Origin: Octopus vulgaris
Taxonomy: Eukaryota
NCBI GenBank assembly: GCA_951406725.2
Contig: OX597820.1
Span: 6,634,001 to 6,698,000, forward strand
Direction: 5' to 3'
DNA: 64,000 bases
Shown: in pieces, positions 54,088 through 64,000 of the stretch
How the letters are laid out: every line of letters starts with the position of its first letter
How positions within the stretch are numbered: the first letter of the stretch is position 1
Program-made: the position numbers and the translations under genes
The notes under the pieces: model-generated
Told to the model about the DNA's origin: nothing
The model's database searches: none
The model's input: only the letters and a program-made list of their open reading frames with translations

Positions 54088-54714
54088 GTGTATTTATACA
54101 AAATATATATAGGGTGACAAGGGGAAGAGATAAGGAGAGCAAGGATCAGTCTGGCATTAATACGTTATTTGTACTTGGTATTTTTGATATAAAAGAAAGA
54201 GAAATGTTTTCTTTGCAAAAGTCTTATTGCAATCAATATGGCTCGCTTTTATGTCAGCAAAAGAAAATCTGAAAAGGAAAAGTGGATGCACTGTGCAACA
54301 ATATCTCTGCTTTCAATATTAAAAAATAACATGAGAGGTCATTGATAGCAGTGGAGATGCGATATCTCAGACACACTAGAAAATATATGTGGGTGTAGAA
54401 TATACAATAAATGGATATCAGAAAGAAAAGAACAAATAATTCTTAGAAAGAAGATATGTAGAAAAAAATTCAACACCGAACTGCATTATAAACTTTATCA
54501 TATGACGCAGAAGAATTGAAGAGAGCAAATAGGAAAGCATAAAGGACCTCTTCAAATATAAAAGAACAGAGACGAGCCTATTAAAGAATTAATTTCTTTT
54601 TAAATAATTAATTATATTCATGTGAAAGTATATCATAAGGAAGAATAAGTTTAGGATATTTGGAGGACAAGCAAAGATCAGTCAAAAATAGTGTGTAGAT
54701 AGGTCTATATATAC

Positions 54715-54932
54715 GGCGAGATGGCACAAACGTTAGCATGCCGGGCGAAATGCTTAGCGGTATTTCGTCTGCCGCCACGTTCTGAGTTCAAATTCCGCCG
54801 AGGTCGACTTTGCCTTTCATCCTTCCGCGGTCGATTAAATAAGTACCAGTTACGCACTTGGGTCGATATAATAGACTTAATCCGTTTGTTTGTCCTTGTT
54901 TGTCCCCTCTGTGTTTGTGGGTAGTAAAGGAA
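54715..54932 (+). mobile_element. SINE S1 (tail T1)
   Basis: ggcgagatggcacaaacgttagcatgccgggcgaaatgcttagcggtatttcgtc..tgtgggtagtaaag. Confidence 0.9.
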
Positions 54933-55396
54933 TATATATATATTTATTTAATTTATATTAAAATTTTATGCATTGATTAAGTCTTTCCTTGTTTGGTTTT
55001 AAAATAGTGGTTTTGTCTCGAATTATATTATATAATATTTTACTATAAAATTGGATTTAATCCAAAATCTGATTTCTAATATTTATTATTATATATATAT
55101 ACTAACACTTGATATTGTAGTAAAAACAATTGTTAGAGTTCTGATGGTGATAAATAATAATAAACAAGGCCTGGATTTCGTAAGGAAGGGAGAGTCGATC
55201 ACATCGACCCCATTACTCAACTGCTACTTAATTTATCGATCTCGAAAGTATGAAAGGCGAAGTCGAACTCGGCGGAATTTGAACTCAAAATGTAGCATAG
55301 CGTCTACTGTCCTAACGATCTGCCAACTCGCCGCCTTTAATTATAATAATAATAATAATAATAATAATGATAATAATAGCAATAATAATAATAATA

Positions 55397-55957
55397 ACAA
55401 ATGTCCCGATGCAGTACCAGACAGCGGCTCTCATGATTTCTGATTTGAACTGATTGGAAGTGTTATCATGTACACTGTTTTGTCTTGGTATAAAAGATGG
55501 GCTACAGCAAATATTCTGCTCAATACCACAGATTTGCTTGTCAGTTGTTTGACCTTAACCAGTTGAGCATGTCCCTTAGTGGCTGACGATATGTGCATCT
55601 CTAATCAGGAGCAGAAGTAGTGGTGAAGCATCATAGCTATGTGTTGAGAAGGATTATTTGGGTTTTGGATATTTCACCTTTGGAAACATGTGTGTTTCGT
55701 TCAACGTCCTTAAACAACCCTTATACAGGGACCTTTTGAGTGGGATGGGCTACTCGCCCCGAAGAAAATTCTAACTGGACCCCACCTGCAAAGACATGTG
55801 CTGTTTATCTTAATATGAGATCACCATGTCGCGTACATATAGTTGTGATGCATGTGCTTAGTGTAGCCTTATCAGACGGGTAGTCATGATGGGTATACTG
55901 GGCTTCGTATATTTTTTCCCCAGTGTCACTTTGATGGCATGCACTGCTCTCTCACTC
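55397..55957 (+). mobile_element. ~560-bp non-coding insertion within (AAT)n
   Basis: Complex sequence bounded on both sides by AAT/AAC runs, no coding signal; family and strand unassigned. Confidence 0.55.
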
Positions 55958-56009
55958 AATAACAACAACAACAATAATAATAATGCTAATAATGATCATA
56001 ATAAAATTT

Positions 56010-56275
56010 TAAATTGCAAGAATTTGGAAAATGAAAACTGTAAACGTTGTTCTTATAATAATTGGTGCACTGGGAACTGTAAGCAAAGATATAGGGAAAA
56101 AAGATGGTTAGAATAGAATGTCCTGTTGAGATTTCCTCTTAGAGACAGGAAAAATTATCAGGAGGGTTCTCAGCACTTGAAAGACTCCAGAAAGTTTTGT
56201 GGATACAGGTTACAGGAGGCGAACCACTGCTCACATAAATCCTACCAGGAATACGACCGAACCTGAGTCAAATCA
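56010..56275 (+). mobile_element. R4/Dong-clade LINE 3' end in (AAT)n
   Basis: IARIWKMKTVNVVLIIIGALGTVSKD..LETGKIIRRVLST*, the restriction-like endonuclease C-terminus; ends in (AAT)n. Confidence 0.8.
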
Positions 56276-56620
56276 ATAATAATAATAATAATAATGATAA
56301 TAATGGTTGTAGTAAAGCATGGATTAATGCTAATAGGGTGGATTATATGCATATTTTGAGTACGAAATTACAATATATACATATATGTTTATATGCGCAT
56401 ATTCACGTACTCATGCGTTTGTGTGTCCGTTATACACACATAAATATACATTATAAATATATATATATTTATTTATTTATATACATACATACATACATAC
56501 ATATATATATATTTATATACATACATATATATATTTATATACATACATATATATATTTATATACATACATACATACATATATATATTTATATACATACAT
56601 ACATACATATATTTATATAC

Positions 56621-56657
<37 letters not shown>

Positions 56658-57594
56658 TGCAGCGTGTGTGTGTGTGTTAAAACGATTGCTAATAAGGCTA
56701 AGAAGCGGTGGCCAAGGGAAGTGATAACATTTGAGCCTAGAAAAGAGCAATGGAATAGGAGAACCAATTCAATAAAGTCGCCCAAGTTGCTGTAATGCTG
56801 GGAAACAGATGTATTGACTTTAGTAAGTCTAGCATTAAAAGATTGAAAGCGATAAAGATTACACAAAATGATAGGAAATCAGATCTAAATCAAATGGTGT
56901 CTAATATTGATGAATATATTATTTCTGATCAGAATCAATGAAGAAATGTAAGTAATATTTAACCAACAACTTTTTATCAGTTAGCTAGTATGTTAAGCCT
57001 GAATTCAACAAGAGAAAATGTTGGTATTAAATGTTATTCATAATAGAAATAAACGGAACAAGTTTGTGTACAAAGAACGAAATAGAAGAAGAGTTTAATC
57101 TAAGACGACGTGACATAGATAGAATATATGAATTTCAAATGAAAATCACACTTAAAGTATCAGCGACAAAGAAAATATTATTTGAAAAATACTGAAAGTG
57201 AAAATACTAATAAAAAAAAAACGTAGTTGTGTATGTGAGAGAGTTGTGAGCAGAGGGGAGGGCGGCGTCGGGGAATATAAAGTATAAGATTGTTATTGAA
57301 AAGATAAAATACATCTGATGAAACAGTGTTTGGTATCTAGAGAATTAAATGAAGGAAGGAAAAGTCAATTGTAAAATAACTCCCTTCTAGAGAGAAGAGA
57401 TAAAATGAAACTGTTTCTAGAAGATGGCGGCGGCTAAAACTATTAGCTGATTGGATCGAGATTGTCAGTTCAACATAAGTATAGAGAATATCGGAATATA
57501 TATATGGTGGGGGGACAGTTATTATTTTGTCCTCGGTCAACCTTCATCCTGGAGACATATCTCCAAATTCATACCTACACTGTCTTTATAGTAA

Positions 57595-57642
<48 letters not shown>

Positions 57643-57676
57643 TTTATTTAAAAGCAGCAGAAATATAACAAAAGCT

Positions 57677-57710
57677 GTTACTCGGAGTTTCACGTTCCCG
57701 TTCGTCGGAC
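57677..57710 (-). ncRNA. hammerhead-like motif (family H3)
   Basis: Reverse complement gt CCGACGA ACG ggaa CGT GAAA CTCCGAG TA ac; element 57641-57710 abuts (TA)n. Confidence 0.6.
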
Positions 57711-57711
57711 G

Positions 57712-57822
57712 GGAACCCAGTCATAACTGTCAGACAATTTCTGCGACAAGATCACCTTTAACATCTGGCCACCTAACTTCCCATACTGCAACCCCCTTGA
57801 TTATTATGCGTGGGCGCAGTTG
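57712..57822 (+). pseudogene. Tc1/mariner-superfamily transposase fragment
   Basis: TQS*LSDNFCDKITFNIWPPNFPYCNPLDYYAW resembles the WPPNSPDxNPLDY catalytic motif. Confidence 0.75.
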
Positions 57823-58205
57823 CCATAATCCTTACCCTCAGTTCATAACTATGTAAATAAGTGGAAACTGAACCAGGTGAGTGCATTAAATAATAAGGCA
57901 CTAGAAGACTACAAAATCCCCAACACCACTAATTATTAAAAATTATTATGATTACTTCAAAACGTTATGACATTCTCACTCCGTTTTTGCCTAAACCAAT
58001 TGGCGTATCCTCCTGTAATTTTTTAATCTTTCTTTGTTATTTCTTTTCCATCCTGTTAACCTTATGGAAAACTTAACCCACCGATTAATATTTTAAGTTT
58101 AGTCATTTACTCAACGTCCTGAAGCGACACAAAAGCAACAATGCTATGATTTGAATATATTCAGCTCTTCGAGGCTCTTCATTTCTTTCATGTATGCATT
58201 TTTTT

Positions 58206-58307
58206 GTTCTGATGAAGCTTCATGTATTTACCAAATATGGTGCATATTATTTTTAGAATTTTCAATGACAATACCGTATAACATTGGAAGCAGAAACAGC
58301 TGTTAGA
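58206..58307 (+). ncRNA. hammerhead-like motif with long loop II
   Basis: CTGATGA A GCTTC ..65 nt.. GAAGC a GAAA CAGCTG TT aga; stem I weak. Confidence 0.45.
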
Positions 58308-58677
58308 TGGGGTACAGTTTATTTGTACTAAAATGTAATAATTGATGTTAGTCAATTGTTGTTGATCAATACCTCCATTTTCTGTTTACACTTAATTTGA
58401 TTCTTGATAAACTCATGTTTATCTTTGTCATTGCCTGTAACCTATTACCATAATATGCCTACATATGAATGTCCAGGGTTAACACAATTAATTATACTGG
58501 TAGTATAGCGGATATTTTTATCCCTTAGACGGTTATTCCAGCCTCTAACTCTACTAACCTCATATACATAAAGTATATATATTTGCGGTTCGGCAAAAGG
58601 ATTCCGATAGTCTAAGTACCAGGGTTAGTATCTATTCAACTAAAAAAGCCAAAATTACAAACACAATATAAAAGAAT

Positions 58678-58729
<52 letters not shown>

Positions 58730-58811
58730 ACATATATATATATATGTAGGTCCCGGGTTAAGTCGGGGTTAACCACAGTAAATAAGGTACTCAATACATA
58801 GCAGACTATAA

Positions 58812-58873
<62 letters not shown>

Positions 58874-58930
58874 AGTGGTCACAAATATACTAGAGAGTAT
58901 TGTAATTCGCTTGAAGTATTGTGTATTTTT

Positions 58931-59178
58931 TGTAAAGAATAAACATCTTTGAATGACACAACAATGCACTATAATACAAACAATGAGCTATATACCTGTT
59001 GTAGTTTAGTCAGCCATGGTCATCCATGGTAGAAAAAGAAAAACCGTTGAAAACCGATTATAGCAGCGACTCCATCTAAGTATATCAAACTATGGATGAC
59101 TAAATTACAACAGGTATATAGCACATTGGTTGTATTACAGTACATTGTTGTACCTTTTAAAACTTTTTATTCTTTACA
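58931..59178. repeat. ~90-bp diverged inverted repeat near (TA)n
   Basis: 58931-59020 vs 59089-59178, e.g. gctatatacctgttgtagtttagtca / tgactaaattacaacaggtatatagc. Confidence 0.85.
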
Positions 59179-60439
59179 TACAAACACACATACACACACA
59201 CATATATATCAATCTATGTGCCTTTCTTGGCTAGAATTACTCATTTAGAAATTATTCTATTTTTTTTTTATTTGTCATTATAATGTCTGTAATATAATTG
59301 TAATTACTTGATTGATTAGATGAAATATATTAAGTGGCCACTTCATAGTTAGTAATAGACACAGAAGGCGTCCCAAAGCGCCTCTTGCCAAGCTACTCCT
59401 TATATTTGCATATGCCATTGTTCTATGTTAGCCAGTGCAGCAGATATGTCGTGTCTGCTGTTTAACGCAGAAACTAGATCATTATCATTAGAACTGTGTA
59501 ATTATGGCTCGAACCTATCACAATTCATTTGCGCTCGTTGCGAAAAATAGAATTAAAAAACCCCTCATAATCAAATTAAGTGGAACCTCGTACGAAACAA
59601 CCACATTACAAATATCTGGGCGATTGCTCTCATTAATATTTCCTTCGATCAACGTGTGTCCCCTTCGGCCACGATTAGATTTTTACATCGAATTTCTCAT
59701 AATTATTGCTCTGCCGTTATTTTTGTTTTTTTTGTGATTCCTCAACATTGGTTGGTTAGTTTACATTAGAAAATATTTATTTCATCGTTAATGACTACGA
59801 TGTTGTTGTTGTTGACGACGACTGCGTGAGGTGTCATGTGTGACGGAGGTGAAGAGGCGATAAACGGCGGGGAGAGTCGGGCATGGCGGGGATGGATGCC
59901 AGTGTTAGGTGGTACAGTACTTAGGTCGCGATATACGTTGCATAATTAAATTGCACTTTTAAGCCGAGTGTGCAATGTTCCTAAAAGTCAATTAATCAGG
60001 CTAAGAGAGCATCCACACACTTAGAGCTCAACACACACATGCATATAAGAAAACAATTCCACACTTACGCACATACATAAATACACACACACACACACAC
60101 ACACATATATTTACATGTGTATACACACACACACACACACATATATATATGCTTAGATACATGCATCGGTATATGCATACAGAAATGTGTGTGTGTGTGT
60201 GTGTGCTTGCATGTCTCTGTACTTTAAATCAGATATTTACCAACATTAACGGAAAACAAAGGAAATTATATATTTACTACTTTTATCAGTACGTTTACAA
60301 TGTTATCTTTGAAGGGTGACATATTGTATCCAGTTCCATAGGAAACGAAATGCACATGATTATATATATATATATATATATATAAATAGAGAGAGAGAGA
60401 GGGGGGGAGAAGGAGAGACATATATACACATATATAAAT

Positions 60440-60600
60440 ATATTTTCTCTCTCCTTGTTTTTTCTGTGCCCCTTTCTGAAGAAGAGCGTAGGCTCGGAAC
60501 GTAAAAGACTTTTTCTATTCCTGAGCGTTATACTAATACATCTGTTTGTTTGTTTTGTACACCACCTGTCTTCGTCTTTTGTTTTTTTCGTAAACTTTCC
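60440..60600 (+). mobile_element. H1-family repeat with hammerhead
   Basis: cttt CTGAAGA A GAGC gtag GCTC GGAA CG TA aaag at 60472-60507; near-identical to 46245-46400. Confidence 0.8.
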
Positions 60601-60710
60601 ATATATAAATATATATATGTATGTATGTATATATATATATATATATATATATACACGGATATATGTATGTGTATATTTATATATATATACACGGATATAT
60701 GTATGTGTAT

Positions 60711-60746
<36 letters not shown>

Positions 60747-60767
60747 GTATATATGTATGTGTATGTT

Positions 60768-60802
<35 letters not shown>

Positions 60803-60804
60803 AT

Positions 60805-60851
<47 letters not shown>

Positions 60852-61632
60852 AGTATGTACGTGTATGTTTGTTTGTGTATATATATATATATATATATAG
60901 TAAATGAATAAGAAACGAAGAACGACCACAAAAAAAGCAACGACGCAAGGACGTGTTACGTCTAAAATGCTAGCAGACGCTTAAGGAAGGACAGGAAAGT
61001 GGTTTTACGTTCCGAGCAAATGTAACTTAATATAATGAACTCTTGACTTTGTATATGTACATTTGTATATGGATATGTGTATGTTAGTATATTATTATAA
61101 TATTCTAATATATTGATTTGATTAACTGTAACATTATATATATGTATGTATATTATTATACATTATTATGCATATACGTATATATATATATATATAGGTG
61201 CATGTGTATATACGCTTATATGTATGTGCATATTATATATTATGTATATGTACTCATTCTTGTATGGGTGTACCTTGTCTGATATTCATATTTAGATTGT
61301 ACTTTATTCTCTAAAGAGGTCTTGGGATATATTTGTAAGTGTCTTATTTATAACCATATATTAACTTATCACACCTGGCTAATATGAACATAATGAGATA
61401 CTCATATCTACATGGCTGAAACAGCTGTAAGATATAGTTTATATTTATATTTATATTTATTTATACATATTGTACTTATTGTATCATATTACTCATTGAT
61501 GTGCACTGTTTTGTTCTGTACTTTTATGTTTGACCGTGATGTTCATATGTAGTTGGTTAATAAATTATGTGAAGGGGTATTATCTTGTAGTTGATTACTG
61601 ATTAAGGTGTAATTCTCCATTTTCTTATTTTG

Positions 61633-61699
<67 letters not shown>

Positions 61700-62465
61700 C
61701 TGTGTGTGTGTGTGTATGTGTGTATCTGTGTGTGTGTGTATGTGTGTGTGTGTGTATGTGTGTGTGTGTGTATCAAAGAGGTAATGATTAAGCAAAACAT
61801 GTGTTATCGCTTTAGAGCATGGAACTTATAATTGGAATATAATTACAGAGTTGTTTGAACTGCAAACGACAGACTGTAAAGTGACACCACGTGGTTTGCT
61901 TGTTCCTTCTTTCTAATCTACATCAAATCAGTCGATGGTAAACCACTTGTAGCCATTCTTCGCTAGATTACTACAGCAACTCCTTGTTTTTAGTTGCAGT
62001 TCAAGTCGGAGTTTTAGTGGTAAACCAATTCGAGTACTTACAGTAAATTCTTATTGCAACATTACCTCATTAGACCGAATTTTAATATACGCACACATAC
62101 ACACGAACACACACGGAAACATACACACACGGAAACACACACACATGTGCAAATATATATAGTGGTTTCTTATGGTCTTTTTCAACGCATGCTGGAAGCA
62201 TATTCAAAAGCCACGTCCATTAGAATCATCCGCTATCTTGTAATTGCGTTGTATTCGTAAACAGGATTATTTCATGAAATCTTTTACTCTAGTTTGGCAG
62301 ACATTACAATCGTGCGGTCGTTTAAAACAACTTCCGCGAAACACTTCAGTCTAGATTAATAATTCAGTGTAATCTTAAATAACTATAGCAGAAGATATAT
62401 CTTTCTACATTGACCTTTAGTGAGTACTTTCACTGGTTGTACATGAATGATGTTACGTGCTTATA

Positions 62466-62967
62466 TAAACTTAGACTTAGATAAACTTAGATATGTTTCG
62501 ACCAATGATTGGTCCAGACCATGTCTAACTTAATAGCACCACCTGATAGGATTATTTGAATCCTGTTTAAGTCAAGTTTTGTTTATGGTCCATTCAAGTA
62601 GTGAGTGTTTGTTGGGTGAGTTGTATCCAATTATGGGTGGCTTATCTGGTATTCCTTGAAGGAATCTATCCAAACTCCGTTTAAAGTTGATGGGATCCTT
62701 TTCCTCTTTGATCTCTTTCGGGACAATGTTAAATAGGGCAGGGTCTGTTGAGGAAAAGAAATTATGTTGCAGTGTACATGTATGCTGTGATCTTGAATTG
62801 GGCAGGGGACGTATGGCCCGTGGTCCCAGTCTTGGATGAACCAGGTCGTTTGAGCAAAGTTGGCGGTATATTCTCCACATCGTACAAATGATGTACCGCT
62901 CACGGCGACGCTGGAGAGAGTAACGTTTCAAGGCTTTAAGGCGATCCCAATAATCGAGATGAGCCAT
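62466..62967 (-). mobile_element. CR1/L2-group LINE, 5'-truncated (ORF2 C-terminus plus tail)
   Basis: LDYWDRLKALKRYSLQRRRERY..LFNIVP..FKRSLDRFLQGIPDKP..GYN; tandem TCTAAGTTTA tail. Confidence 0.85.
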
Positions 62968-63065
62968 GCCTTATATATATACATATATATATATATATGA
63001 GTTTTTTGCGTAATGAGATAAAAAATACCAAGGCTGTATAGATATTAGAGCATTTATAGATAGAT

Positions 63066-63122
63066 GGTTTTACAGCTGTTTCTAGAATATTAATTAGTAA
63101 TAATATCTCTTCATCAGAGACG
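63066..63122 (-). ncRNA. hammerhead motif (family H5), diverged stems
   Basis: Reverse complement cgtct CTGATGA A gagatatt..aatattct a GAAA CAGCTG TA aaacc; downstream homologous to the 53550-53622 arm. Confidence 0.6.
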
Positions 63123-63378
63123 GTGTGAGAGGAAAATAAAGTCATAGTTAGTTTCGATGTGATACAAAATAGATAGTGAGGTGGAGGAAAGAAAACAGAT
63201 GCAAGATATGTTTGGTTATTGAGTTCGTAAATCCATTTTATAGGCATAATGTGTAATATTCCAATATCCTTTGAGTAAAATCCAAAAGTCTAACAGAGTT
63301 TAATATGAGTCCATCCAAATGTAAAGTTGGTCCTTCCCAGTAGGGAATTTATATATATATATATTTATATATAAAATA

Positions 63379-63409
<31 letters not shown>

Positions 63410-63825
63410 GTAAAAAAAAAATACAAACTGGGACAAGAACGTGAAACATTTAGAAGACGACACAAAAAACACGGAAAAACGGGACATTTGAAGCCTTCAA
63501 TCTTCGCAATTTCGGCTATGAGTGTGTGCGTATAAACATCTGAAATCTCCCGTCGAAGAGGACGCATGAGTGTTCAGTTTCTGCTGAACGCCCTGCACGG
63601 CTGATTTGTTTATAGTGATCAAGTGTCTGTACAGCACATTATCTCACTTCCTCCATCAAATCGACATTTCCGGTACGGGTGCATGGTGTACCATTCGTCT
63701 GGGGTGCAACTGATTGCAGAACAACGTGAACCGTCTCCAGAACATAACCACAACTAGATAGAGGGACTGAAATCGTGATCGCGCGATCGTGCGTGCAGTA
63801 GCTCTTCCACACACACACACACACA

Positions 63826-64000
63826 CCTATTTCTATTTCTTTACTACCCACAACGGGCTAAACATAGAGAGGACAAACAAGGATAGACAAATGGATTAAG
63901 TCGATTACATCGACCCCAGTGCGTAACTGGTACTCAATTTATCGACCTCGAAAGGATGAAAGTCAAAGTCGACCTCGTGGGATTTCAACTCAGAACGTAG
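63826..64000 (-). mobile_element. SINE S1, cut by window end
   Basis: tttctttactacccacaac..gattacatcgaccccagtgcgtaactggtac..gaaaggatgaaagtcaaagtcgacctc. Confidence 0.9.

Noticed and set aside
62490-62520. Hairpin gaccaa-tca-ttggtc followed by GAAAC in the LINE tail
   Set aside because: No CUGANGA box upstream; more likely an ordinary LINE 3' stem-loop

Overview
AT-rich, microsatellite-dense eukaryotic non-coding DNA. The repeat complement (tRNA-derived SINEs, (TA)n/(CA)n/(GA)n/(GATA)n/(AAT)n tracts, decayed mariner/Tc1, RTE, CR1-type and R4/Dong LINE tails) looks like a coleoid cephalopod, most likely Octopus; this is recognition of repeats, not a search result. I find no convincing host protein-coding exon, and most ORF-track entries are translated microsatellites or repeats. 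The main unexplained structure is a Penelope-like element (PLE) system. It has four parts: (i) about 17 minimal type-I hammerhead ribozyme (HHR) motifs in at least 6 short repeat families, nearly all abutting (TA)n; (ii) many long inverted repeats in such (TA)n-flanked elements, one folding back exactly at HHR stem II; (iii) a decayed Naiad-type GIY-YIG endonuclease fragment bracketed by inverted terminal repeats (29.2-30.7 kb); (iv) a tRNA-headed, (AAT)n-linked, HHR-tailed SINE-like element with an inverted second HHR (43.3-43.7 kb). The SINEs also show module swapping and head-less tandem units joined at a recurring junction. All alignments and coordinates were read by eye and may be off by a few bases.
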